Assembly: GCA_963810635.1 (NCBI GenBank)
Contig: CAWEOB010000008.1
Coordinates: 90,615-154,614, forward strand
From: an uncultured Actinomycetes bacterium
GTDB taxonomy: Bacteria > Actinomycetota > UBA4738 > HRBIN12
Reading direction: 5' to 3'
Length of the DNA stretch: 64,000 bases
In this document: positions 20,001 to 28,970 of the stretch, one piece after another
Layout: every line of letters begins with the position of its first letter
How positions within the stretch are numbered: position 1 is the stretch's first letter
The notes under the pieces: generated by a model
What the model was told of the DNA's origin: nothing
What the model saw: the letters and a program-made list of their open reading frames with translations, nothing else
Databases searched by the model: none
Program-made: the position numbers and the translations under genes

Positions 20001-20540
20001 AGCGGCTCGGTGTGGACCGCCTCACAGGCGTACGTGAACGCGACGCTCGCGGCGCCCGGTGCGGCGTCCTCGAACTGGAGCTACTCGTTCAACGCGCCGA
20101 CGGGCAGCTTCGAGATCACGGCGGCGGCGGTGGACACCTCGAACGTGGTCGACACCACGCCGGCGGGACCCACCACGTTCACCGCCGCGGGGGCGCCGGA
20201 CACCTCGGCACCCGTCACCACGGTGACCTCGCCGCTGAACAACTCGTCACAACCGGTGGGCGTGGTCATCATCACGGGCAACGTCACGGACAACGTGGCG
20301 GCCACCACGGTGCGGGTCTCGATCCGCAACAACGCGACCCTGCAGTGGTGGAACGGAACCAACTGGGGTCCGTTCACCTGGGTGCCGGCGACGTTGACCA
20401 GCCCGGGGAGCCCGACGTCAGGTTGGACCTACACGTTCAACGCACCGGCGGCCGGGAGCTTCGGCCTCCAGGTCCGGTCGATCGACGGCGCCGGGAACCT
20501 CGGCGCCAACTCCACCTGGAGGAGCTTCATCCTCACCTGA
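17100..20540 (+). pseudogene. Secreted NHL-repeat plus Ig-like-repeat protein (about 1,140 aa if repaired), broken by at least 17 frame changes
   Basis: RBS GGGAGGG before ATG 17100, then a signal peptide. About 10 NHL-type blades are spread over ORFs 17100.., 17551.., 17276.., 17844.., 18133.., 18840.. and 18932... Four Ig-like repeats (ITGTATDN...WW.G) are spread over 18840.., 18932.., 19260.. and 19569... Only 19730-20540 is continuous. Confidence 0.7.
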
Positions 20541-20560
20541 GCCCGTAGCGACCGAAGGGA

Positions 20561-20594
20561 ACGAGGGGCGGCCCCGGAAGGGGCCGCCCCTCGT
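20561..20594 (+). terminator. Stem-loop terminator after the NHL/Ig gene
   Basis: Perfect 15-bp stem acgaggggcggcccc / ggggccgcccctcgt with loop ggaa, 20 nt after the stop codon. Confidence 0.6.
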
Positions 20595-20660
20595 GCTTCC
20601 GGGGGTGTCCCCCGCGCCGGTTCGTTGACCGCCTCGCAGGCCCTGCTAGCCTGAGGAGAG

Positions 20661-22021
20661 ATGCGCCGAGCGACAACCTTCCTGCTCCCCTTCCTCGTGG
20701 TGTCCGCCATGAGCGTCGTCAGCGTGGGGCATCCGAGGTTTGCGTCGGCAGAGGCCATCCCCAACGTCCTCCTGATCGTGTCGGACGACCAACGCACGGA
20801 CACGCTCGGGATGATGCCGGCCGTGGACCGGTGGTTCACGCAGGCCGGAACCACGTTCACGAACGCCTTCGCGACGACCCCGCTCTGTTGTCCGTCGCGC
20901 GCATCCTTGCTGACCGGTGCGTACACGCATAACCACGGGGTCGACGACAACGCCGGCGGCGAAGACGTCGTCACGATCCAGGATTCGATGATCCAGGGGT
21001 CGCTCGCGGACCTCGGATACCGGACCGGGATGTTCGGGAAGTTCCTCAACGGGTTCCCGAACGACGTGAACCCTTCATCCATGGATCGATGGGCGATCAC
21101 CCCGCGGCTGTCCTACTCGGGGGCCGTGTGGAACGTCGACGGCTCGCAGCAGGTCGTCCAGCAGAACTCCACGAGCTTCATCGGCGACCAGGTCCTCGGC
21201 TTCCTGGATGAGAGCGAGGCGTCGGATGCCACGCCGTGGTTCGCGTACGTCGGCTTCATGGCGCCGCACATGCCGGCCACGGTCGAGCCCCGGTACGACA
21301 ACGCCCCGCTCCCCCCCTTCGAGTGGCCGCCGGGGGCCCGCGAGCGCGATCGGACCGACAAGCCGACCTGGGTACGCCAACACCCGATGGCGACGATGGA
21401 TGAGATCCAGGCGACGAGGGAGCCGCAACTCCGGTCGTTGATCGCGCTCGACGATCAGGTCGCCCGTGTCATGGACCGGCTCGACGCACTGGGCGAGACG
21501 GACGACACCCTCGCGATCTTCCTCTCCGACAACGGCGTCCTGTGGGGCGAGCACGGCAGGTTCGGGAAGATCGTTCCGTACGAGCCATCCATCCGCGTCC
21601 CGCTCGCGATGGCCTGGCCCGGACATCTCGCGAGCAGTGCGATCGACACCCGTCTCGTGGGCCTGCTCGACGTGGCGACCACGATCGCGTCGGCGACGGG
21701 TGCCACGCCGCGCATCGTCCAGGACGGGATCGATCTCTTGGATCCCACCGCCAACCGATCACGGATCCTCCTCGAGTTCACGCAGATCCTGGGATCTCCG
21801 TGCCCACGTGGAACGGCTATCGGACGGCGCACTCCGTCTACGTGGAGTACCGGACGTCGGGCCGCCTGAGGTTCCGCGAGTACTACCGCCTCGACCTGGA
21901 TCCGTACGAGTTCCGGAACCGCCTGCGTGACGGCGATCCCTCGAACGATCCCAAGATCGCGAACCTCCACCGGCGCCTCAAGCACCTGGTGTCATGCGTC
22001 GGGAGCGCCTGCGTGGTCTGA
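20661..22021 (+). CDS. Cys-type sulfatase (one apparent frameshift near the 3' end)
   Basis: RBS GAGGAGAG before ATG 20661, then a signal peptide. Motifs LLIVSDDQRTD and CxPxR motif PLCCPSRASLLTG. The C-terminus ...GISVPTWNGYRTAHSVYVEYRTSGRLRFREYYRLDLDPYEFRNRL... is in the frame of ORF 21542..22021. The shift is near 21785-21795. Confidence 0.75.
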
Positions 22022-22075
22022 CGTGCTCGCGGCCGTCCGCGGCCGGTCGGCGCCGGCTGCTCGCGCCACCTCGGC

Positions 22076-22558
22076 TCAGGCGTTCGTGGTGATGTAGAAG
22101 GTGATCGACTCCGAGCCCGACGCCAGCTGCCCATAGCCTCGCGCGTTGCGGTACGGGCCGGTCCCGCCGGTGATCGCGAGCCGGAACGATTCCCCTTGAG
22201 GGTTCTGCAGGAACCGCGGAGGGATGCGGACCATGAGGGCCAGCTGGGAGCTGCCGAGCTGCGCCACGGCGGTGCACAGGAGGATGGGCTTGGGGTCGAC
22301 GCCCGTGAAGGTACACGCGGACACGAGCGAGCCGACCTGCTTGCCGCCCTGCCGGAGCACGTTCCGCGAGATCGTTTGATCGCCCAGGCTGAGTCCCGGC
22401 GGGTCCTCGTCGACGTTCGCCTGTTCGACCGGGACGACGTTGTAGTGCGCGGTGGTATGCGTGACCCGCGCGATGGGTCCTCCCGAACCCGCTGCCGCCG
22501 CCCCGCTTACGAGCGTCAACGAGACGATTCCCACGAGCAACCATCCGATCTGCTTCAC
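22076..22558 (-). CDS. Small secreted protein, dirigent/allene-oxide-cyclase-barrel-like
   Basis: RBS GGAGAGGAG before GTG 22558. Signal peptide VKQIGWLLVGIVSLTLVSGAAAA. C-terminal LAITGGTGPYRNARGYG pattern. Confidence 0.6.
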   Translation of the reverse strand: MKQIGWLLVGIVSLTLVSGAAAAGSGGPIARVTHTTAHYNVVPVEQANVDEDPPGLSLGDQTISRNVLRQGGKQVGSLVSACTFTGVDPKPILLCTAVAQLGSSQLALMVRIPPRFLQNPQGESFRLAITGGTGPYRNARGYGQLASGSESITFYITTNA

Positions 22559-22739
22559 GACCGGTCTCCTCTCCAAGATGCCGACGGAACGTGCCGCTCA
22601 GCGTCGACGAGGGAACGATGCGTTTCAACCATCGCGTCATCGGGGAATGCGGCTGCGGTGTTTGAAGGGGGTCCAGGGCGATGGCACGATGCCCGAGGGG
22701 AAGGGGACCGTCCCGAACTCCCTGGAAAGGGGTTCAAAC

Positions 22740-23342
22740 GTGAAGAAGATCCTCGTATCTGGCGTGATAGCGGCATCTCTGGCGCTGGTGCTGAGCTCGT
22801 GTTTCGCGCTGCAGGGCTTCAGCGTCTTGTCGGCGACCCTCGCACCGGGGGCCAACACGAAGGCCCAGTTCGTGATGCACCCGTTCCAGAGAGCCAGGAT
22901 GTACAGCGGGTACAACATCCGGACCCTTCACCAATTCGTTCTCGTCGGAGTGCCAACGGGCGGTCCTCTGAGCGTCGGGAAGGCGACGTGGGGAACCAAC
23001 GGGACGTTCGGCGGTCCTCAGAGCATGCCGGCCGCAGGTGGGCTCGCAGCTGCGATAGACCTTGCCGGAACGTGTTCCTCGAACGGCATCACCTTCGACA
23101 ACATCACCAACACGACGTGGAAGGGCTTCTTGACGCTGAACCCGGTCAACGACAAAGGGAAGGTCGGGATGAAGACCATCACGCAGGTGGTCGTCAAAGC
23201 GGCTTCCGATGCGACCTCGGGGAGCCAGCCGGTCGTCGGGGTGACGGGCGCCTGGCTCGACGGTGGAGACGGGCTCCTGGATGGCAATGACGACATCTTC
23301 GGGTGCACCGGCATCGCGTGGGTGAACGTCTTCGTGACGTAG
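22740..23342 (+). CDS. Lipoprotein of unknown function
   Basis: GTG 22740 gives VKKILVSGVIAASLALVLSSC (lipobox LSSC). No recognisable domain. Confidence 0.65.
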   Translation: MKKILVSGVIAASLALVLSSCFALQGFSVLSATLAPGANTKAQFVMHPFQRARMYSGYNIRTLHQFVLVGVPTGGPLSVGKATWGTNGTFGGPQSMPAAGGLAAAIDLAGTCSSNGITFDNITNTTWKGFLTLNPVNDKGKVGMKTITQVVVKAASDATSGSQPVVGVTGAWLDGGDGLLDGNDDIFGCTGIAWVNVFVT

Positions 23343-23370
23343 CGGTCGACGTCACCTGATCGAACCAAGG

Positions 23371-23399
23371 AGGGGGCGGACCCGAAGGGCCCGCCCCCT
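23371..23399 (+). terminator. Stem-loop terminator
   Basis: agggggcggaccc-gaa-gggcccgccccct: a 13-bp stem with one mismatch, 29 nt after the stop at 23342. Confidence 0.5.
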
Positions 23400-23534
23400 T
23401 CGTCGTCCCGTCGAAGGTCGAAGCGCCCCGCGAGGTCGGAGCCGACGGTCCCCGGGAACGGGGGCCGGGCGGCAGATGAGGATGCGTCGCCCCGGTGGGA
23501 CGGTCACGGTGTGGCCTTCTGAAAGGGGCAACCC

Positions 23535-23918
23535 ATGAGACTCACGTGGAGGGACGGCGTGGCCTCGCTCCTGCTGGTCTCCCTGGTGCTCGTCGCGTTC
23601 GCCGTGATTGGCGGGTGGTCGTGGCCGATGCTCGGAAGTGTGCGCGCCGGTGTCGGCGTGGTCTTCGTGATCGGGATGGCGATGTGCATCCTCGGCAGCC
23701 GTTTCGAGGCCGACGAGATGACGAAGGACCCGTACCTCGTCGGCGCGTCCGTGCTCGGGGCGGCGGCCCTCGTGCTCGCCGTGATCGGCGTGATCACCGG
23801 CAGCGAGGCCGTCTTCGTGGTGCTGATCGGCGTCACCGCCCTGTTGTGGGTCGTGTCGACGACGCGGCATGCCGTGGAGGGCCAGCACCACGCCCCCGCG
23901 CATCCTGTCGGTGCTTGA
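23535..23918 (+). CDS. Small integral membrane protein (4 TM)
   Basis: RBS GAAAGGGG before ATG 23535. Four hydrophobic helices, for example ASLLLVSLVLVAFAVIGGW and VFVVLIGVTALLWVV. Confidence 0.6.
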   Translation: MRLTWRDGVASLLLVSLVLVAFAVIGGWSWPMLGSVRAGVGVVFVIGMAMCILGSRFEADEMTKDPYLVGASVLGAAALVLAVIGVITGSEAVFVVLIGVTALLWVVSTTRHAVEGQHHAPAHPVGA

Positions 23919-23967
23919 CGTCGAGATCTCGGGTGGGGTCGACCCGCCCGGAGGGAGGTGTTCGGCG

Positions 23968-24884
23968 ATGAGAACGAAAGCAGGGCTCGTCCTGTTCGCC
24001 GTCGTGGCGCTGATGCTGGCATGGATCCCTGCCGCGTCCGCTGCCGGAACGACTGCCGAGCAGAGGATCTGGTGGTGCTGTCCGGTGACGCCCTCGTCAT
24101 GCAGGGTGATGTGGTCGACACGGTCGTGGCGCTCGATGGGGCGGTGACGGTGAACGGTGACGTCCTCGGAGACGTGATCGCGTTCCACGGTCCCGTCATG
24201 ATCGACGGTGCAGCCGACGTCGGCGGCGACCTCGTCGTGCTCGACGGAACGCTGACCGTGATGGCAGGTGCGACGGTGAGCGGGGACATCGTGGCCGACC
24301 AACCGGTGATCAGCAGCGAGGCCACCGTGGCGGGGACCGTCCGTACCGTGGATGACCTCGCCTGGGTCTTCGGGTCGGGCTCCCTCGCGTTCGGGTTCGC
24401 GATCTGGCTCGCCATCGCGGTCTCCGTGCTGCTCCTCGGGCTGATCATCCTGGGTCTCGCACCCAGGGCCCTCGACGCGGCCGTGGGCGCGGGTCGCACC
24501 GCGATCGGTCCCACGATCGGCCTCGGCGCGCTGGCGTTCTTCGGACTGCCGCTCGTCGCGGTCCTGGCGATCTTCACGGTCGTGGGCATCCCGCTGGGCG
24601 TGGGGATCCTGCTCGCGCTCGCTCTGATCCTGGCCGTCGGGCAGGTCGCGGGTGTCGCGATCCTCGGGCGGTCGATCATGAGGACCGGGTCGCTGGTCCG
24701 GGCGTTTATGGTCGGTTGGGCCATCGTGGCCGCCGTGACGCTGATCCCGTTCGTGGGCGGGGTGGTCTGGTTCGTGGCCGGCGTCTACGGGCTGGGCGCG
24801 ATCGGGGTGGCGGTCTGGCGGGCTCGTCGGTCACCGGTGGAAGCGCCGGTGCCGCCGATGCCGGCAGCTCCCGCTGCCGCCTGA
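23968..24884 (+). CDS. Bactofilin-like (polymer-forming beta-helix) domain fused to a polytopic membrane domain; one apparent frameshift
   Basis: RBS GGAGGGAGG before ATG 23968. Signal peptide MRTKAGLVLFAVVALMLAWIPAASA lies in the frame of ORF 23869... The body DLVVLSGDALVMQGDVVDTVVALDGAVTVNGDVLGDVIAF...GDLVVLDGTLTV plus 4-5 TM helices lies in ORF 23958..24884. The shift is at about 24061-24063. Confidence 0.6.
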
Positions 24885-24935
24885 CCGGTCGTTCGGCGCC
24901 GGGGGGTTGCCGGTGCGGCTCCCCGGCCCCGAACC

Positions 24936-24965
24936 GCGGGCGCGCGCCTCACGGCGCGCGCCCGC
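24936..24965 (+). terminator. Stem-loop terminator
   Basis: Perfect 13-bp stem gcgggcgcgcgcc / ggcgcgcgcccgc with loop tcac, followed by tccccttctc. Confidence 0.55.
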
Positions 24966-25034
24966 TCCCCTTCTCATCCTCACCTCATCGCCCGTCCGTC
25001 ACCGTGGACGCCATCGGACGAGGAGGAGACACGC

Positions 25035-25778
25035 ATGAGAGACAGGATGCTGGGGATCGGCCTGACGATGCTGCTCGTGCTCGCGATCTGGCCGGCGGGG
25101 GTCGCGGCGGCCGGCACGACCTGCCCCGTGCCGCTCCCCCAGGGCAGCGATCCCGTGACGCTTGACCCCGCCGGGTTCGTGAGCCGGATCGACAACGTCT
25201 ATTGGCCGATGGCCCCGGGGACGACGTGGGTCTCCCGCGAAGACGACCTGCGAGGGAGCGTGCAGAAGGTCCGCGTGGTCGTCACACCACGCACCAAGCG
25301 CATCGAAGGCATCGCGGTCACGGTCGTCCACGATGTGGCGAGCGACCACGGCGAGACGGTCGAGGACACCTGGGACTGGTACGCCCAGGATGTGTGCGGC
25401 AACGTCTGGTACCTGGGTGAGAAGACGAAGGAGTACGAGAACGGGCATGTCGTCAGCACGGCCGGCTCATGGAAGCACGGCGTGCACGGAGCCATGGCTG
25501 GCGTCGTCGTCCCCGCGGCCCCGCACGTCGGCCTGAGCTACCGGCAGGAGTACCTCGCCGGAGAGGCCGAGGACGCGGCGACGGTGCTGAGCCTCCACGA
25601 GCAGGCGCAGGTCCCGTACGGGCACTTCCGCCACGTCCTGCTCACGAAGGAGTACACGCCCCTGCACCCGCGGGTCCTCGAGTACAAGCTCTACGCGAGG
25701 GGGATCGGGCCGGTCCTGGCCTTCGGGGTGTCGGGCGGCTCGGGCACGGAGGAGCTGATCCGCTACCGGGCCGGGTAG
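25035..25778 (+). CDS. Secreted protein of unknown function
   Basis: RBS GGAGGAGGAG before ATG 25035. Signal peptide LGIGLTMLLVLAIWPAGVAAA. The ORF is intact and has no recognisable domain. Confidence 0.65.
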   Translation: MRDRMLGIGLTMLLVLAIWPAGVAAAGTTCPVPLPQGSDPVTLDPAGFVSRIDNVYWPMAPGTTWVSREDDLRGSVQKVRVVVTPRTKRIEGIAVTVVHDVASDHGETVEDTWDWYAQDVCGNVWYLGEKTKEYENGHVVSTAGSWKHGVHGAMAGVVVPAAPHVGLSYRQEYLAGEAEDAATVLSLHEQAQVPYGHFRHVLLTKEYTPLHPRVLEYKLYARGIGPVLAFGVSGGSGTEELIRYRAG

Positions 25779-25843
25779 CTCGTGCGAGCATCCGGCATGG
25801 CCGCGTAGACTCGGATGCTTCCGGTCCCGAGGAGGGCAGATCG

Positions 25844-26344
25844 ATGGCGAAGGACGATCCGAAGGTGCTGTACATCGCCGCGTACGACGATCCCGACAGC
25901 GCGAAGAGCGACTTCGACTCGCTGAAGGAGCTCGAGCATCACGGCGTGATCTTCCTCGACGAGGCGGTGCTGGTCAGCCGCGCCGATGACGGCAAGATCT
26001 CGGTCAAGGAGAACGCCCACGAGGTGGCCGGCGGCAGCATGGTCGGTGCAGCGGCCGGCTTCGTGGTCGGCCTGATCTTCCCGCCCGGGCTCATCGCGGC
26101 CACCCTGGTCGGCGGCGGCGCCGGTGCGGGCGTCGGCGGCCTCATGTCTCACCACCGCGAGCACGAGATCAAGAAGGACGTGGAGGACGTGCTCCCGGTC
26201 GGCTCCTCGGGGATCGTGACCGTCTTCGACGTCACCTGGAAGCCGAAGGTCAACGAGGCCCTGTCCAAGGCGTCGAAGGTCGACGACGAAGAGGTCGACG
26301 CCGAGAGCGTGGAGAAGGCGAAGGAAGCCACCTCGTCGTCGTAG
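25844..26344 (+). CDS. DUF1269-like membrane protein
   Basis: RBS GAGGAGGG before ATG 25844. MAKDDPKVLYIAAYDDPDSAKSDFDSLKEL, then a Gly-rich TM segment GGSMVGAAAGFVVGLIFPPGLIAATLVGGGAGAGVGGL. Confidence 0.65.
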   Translation: MAKDDPKVLYIAAYDDPDSAKSDFDSLKELEHHGVIFLDEAVLVSRADDGKISVKENAHEVAGGSMVGAAAGFVVGLIFPPGLIAATLVGGGAGAGVGGLMSHHREHEIKKDVEDVLPVGSSGIVTVFDVTWKPKVNEALSKASKVDDEEVDAESVEKAKEATSSS

Positions 26345-26445
26345 CCGCAGACGCGGGCCCCGGAAGACACGCTCGTTCGCGTCACGAAGTTGCCGGACGG
26401 AGGCACCGAGTAGGGTGGAGTCTCCGACTGGGAAGGAAGTGCCTC

Positions 26446-26745
26446 ATGAGCGTGCTCATGACTTTGCGTGTGACCGGAGACCCGAAGAAGCTGGAGGAGT
26501 TCGCCGAAGGCGACTCACCGCTCAACAAGATCCGTGACCGTGCGGTCGACCTCGGCTGTACGTCGCATCACTTCTACGGTACGGACGACGAGATCATGGT
26601 CGTGGACGAGTGGGCGGACGAAGCATCGTTCCACGCGTTCTTCGACGCGTCACCGGAGATCAAGGACGTCATGGGCGCCGCCGGTGTCACGGCGCAGCCC
26701 GAGATCAAGATCTGGCGCAAGCTCGAGACACGCGACGACGTCTGA
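26446..26745 (+). CDS. Small ferredoxin-fold (ABM/Dabb-like) protein
   Basis: 99 aa: MSVLMTLRVTGDPKKLEEFA...MVVDEWADEASFHAFFD. Family assignment is tentative. Confidence 0.5.
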   Translation: MSVLMTLRVTGDPKKLEEFAEGDSPLNKIRDRAVDLGCTSHHFYGTDDEIMVVDEWADEASFHAFFDASPEIKDVMGAAGVTAQPEIKIWRKLETRDDV

Positions 26746-26917
26746 GAGCTCGCACGTTGGGTGAGCCGGAGGCGGGGCCGATCGAGCCTCGCCCGCCGGC
26801 CACCGGCGCCCGTCAATGTCGGCGGATAGTTCGGGCGATGTACGACGGATGGATCCTCAGCGCCTACGTCGAGCGCATGGTGGCATCCGGTGGCATGGGT
26901 GTGTACGGTCCCCACCC

Positions 26918-27730
26918 ATGAAGCGCATCCTGATCCTCCTCGCCGTCGCATCCCTCGCCACCGTCGCCATGGAGCTGCCCGCCTCGGCGGTGCCGGCCCC
27001 CGGCGAGCCCTTCTATCCGGATCTCATCACCCGAGCTCCGTTCGGGTTGCGGCTCGTGGCCGGCAAGGGCGCGCCCGGCCGGCGGTTGTTCTTCTCGAAC
27101 ACCATCGGGAACATCGGGGACGGTCCTCTCGAGCTGCGGCCCGAGAACGACGCGGCGTCGGGAACGACCAACGCCATCCAGGAGATCTACACGCGCATCG
27201 GCCCCCGGACCTCGCCCAAGGGAGGGGGGAATGTCGGCCTCACGCTCGTCTCATCGTCGGTGATCGGCACCTTCGACTTCCACCCGGCGCACAACCACTG
27301 GCACATGGACGACTTCGCCCTGTACGAGCTGCGCTCGATCAACCCCGACGGCTCGACCGGTCCCGTGGTCGCCACGACCGACAAGGTCAGCTTCTGCATG
27401 ATCGATACCGACACCATCGACTCCACGCTCCCCAACTTCGGCATGGGGCTCACCCACAGCTGTGGGCAGAACTCCCGTCAGGGCGTCCGGGTCGGGATGG
27501 GCGATACCTACTCGTCGTCCCTGCCCGACCAGTTCATCGACATCACGACCGTCGCCGACGGCACGTACCGGCTGGTCTCGGTGGCCGACCCGAACGCGGC
27601 GGATCGTCCCGGCGGCCGGTTGCTCGAGAAGAACGACTCGAACAACGCTGCATCCGTCGACGTCCGGATCACGCGGACCGCAGTCACGATCGTGCCCGGA
27701 ACGGCGCTGACGGGGATCGACGCTCCGTAG
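26918..27730 (+). CDS. Secreted lysyl-oxidase-like copper amine oxidase
   Basis: Signal peptide MKRILILLAVASLATVAMELPASA. Copper-site-like FDFHPAHNHWHMDDF. DKVSFCMIDTD resembles the LOX KASFCLEDT (LTQ Lys). GMGDTYSSSLPDQFIDITTVADGTY resembles the LOX GCYDTY...QWIDITDV (LTQ Tyr). Confidence 0.75.
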   Translation: MKRILILLAVASLATVAMELPASAVPAPGEPFYPDLITRAPFGLRLVAGKGAPGRRLFFSNTIGNIGDGPLELRPENDAASGTTNAIQEIYTRIGPRTSPKGGGNVGLTLVSSSVIGTFDFHPAHNHWHMDDFALYELRSINPDGSTGPVVATTDKVSFCMIDTDTIDSTLPNFGMGLTHSCGQNSRQGVRVGMGDTYSSSLPDQFIDITTVADGTYRLVSVADPNAADRPGGRLLEKNDSNNAASVDVRITRTAVTIVPGTALTGIDAP

Positions 27731-28081
27731 CGGGGACGGTGCACCTTCGTGCTGAACCTGGTCTGTAGATAGGGCGGGTGGCCGAACCGAGAGCCACGTC
27801 CGGCTCGAGAAACCTCGAGGGACGTTCTCCTTGGGAGGAAGAGCGTGAGCTCCGCGTGGCCAGCGGCTCGTGACGAGATGGTGCATGTCGGACTCGCCCG
27901 GGGGGCGAGTCTCGAGCTCGACGAAGAGAGTGCGCGGCGCTGGTTCGAGGGCCCCAGCCCCTACGCCGCCATCCGCACCCCCGCCGCCTCCAACAGACCC
28001 AGCCCTGCCGAGCGCGCACCTTCCTCGATAGTGGCCCTTCCGGCCGTTGCGCGTGGGTGCCACCAAGGGCATACTCAGCTG

Positions 28082-28405
28082 ATGCTCCTGCTCGCGCTCG
28101 CTGCGGCTGGGATCGGCGTCGTGATCTACGCGTGGGTCTCTCCAAGCCCGAGGGTCATCGTCATCGCCTCGGTTCTCGGAGGTGTCGCCGGTTTGGAGCT
28201 GATGCTCTTCAACGCCGCCCGGCAGGGCATCACCTCCCTGTCGGAGAGCGGTGCCTTCATCAGGGTCTTGGACGTAACGCTGGTCCCCGTCGTGTGGGCT
28301 CTCTTGGGAGCCGCTGCGCTGGTTGGTGCTCTAGTTGCTGTCGTGGGCGTGCTTGCCTATCGAGAGGCCAGGGCAACATGGAGCCGCGAGACAAGCACCA
28401 ACTGA
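28082..28405 (+). CDS. Small membrane protein (3 TM)
   Basis: ATG 28082 gives MLLLALAAAGIGVVIYAWV..VIVIASVLGGVAGLELMLF..LVPVVWALLGAAALVGALVAVVGVLAY. Whether the upstream part of ORF 27845.. is coding is unclear. Confidence 0.45.
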   Translation: MLLLALAAAGIGVVIYAWVSPSPRVIVIASVLGGVAGLELMLFNAARQGITSLSESGAFIRVLDVTLVPVVWALLGAAALVGALVAVVGVLAYREARATWSRETSTN

Positions 28406-28543
28406 CCGTCCGCCGAGTTGCGATCTAGACGCCACCGATTGAGCGGCTCGAGACGTGGAGTTCAACCCGACGCGGCGCATATCGGCGCACGTTCCGTTTG
28501 GCACGACCATCGAGAACCGCTGAAACCGCCTTCGCTAGAGAAG

Positions 28544-28616
28544 CTCCGGGGGTGGGACTCGAACCCACAACCTACGGATTAACAGTCCGCCGCTCTGCCA
28601 GTTGAGCTACCCCGGA
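28544..28616 (-). tRNA. tRNA-Asn (GUU)
   Basis: The reverse complement folds as TCCGGGG-TA-GCTC..GAGC-G-GCGGA-CTGTTAA-TCCGT-AGGTT-GTGGG-TTCGAGT-CCCAC-CCCCGGA-G. CCA is not encoded. Confidence 0.95.
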
Positions 28617-28698
28617 CCGGAACACCGGGCAGTCTACCAACGCCCTTCCGCACACCCGCGCTAGGCTGTCGCTCCGCCATCGACCCGGAAGGACCGCC

Positions 28699-28968
28699 AT
28701 GAAGCTCCGTTCGTTGTTCCTCTTCGGCGCCGGCGTGGCCGCCGGCCTCGCCATCGCGAACAAGATGCACGAGGACGATCCCGAGGTGCTGCACGGGCCG
28801 TCGAAGCAGCGGTCCGCCGCCAACCCGGCGCTCCGGGTCGTCTCCACCTCCGCGCAGCGCGTCGCCGACCGAGCGACCGTGGCGAGCTTGGATGCGATCC
28901 GACGGGCCAGGGTGTCGATCCGCGGCCGGTTGGCCGATGACTCCTACGACGACGCCGCCTGGAGCTGA
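28699..28968 (+). CDS. Small N-terminally anchored protein
   Basis: RBS GGAAGGA before ATG 28699. MKLRSLFLFGAGVAAGLAIANKM followed by a polar tail. Confidence 0.5.
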   Translation: MKLRSLFLFGAGVAAGLAIANKMHEDDPEVLHGPSKQRSAANPALRVVSTSAQRVADRATVASLDAIRRARVSIRGRLADDSYDDAAWS

Positions 28969-28970
28969 CG

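Noticed and set aside
28406-28616. tRNA-Asn as a second integration site bounding the LOX and small-membrane-protein block
   Set aside because: I found no second copy of the tRNA-Asn 3' end (gggttcgagtcccaccccc) anywhere in the window, and no recombinase gene. There is only the circumstantial accessory nature of the neighbouring genes.
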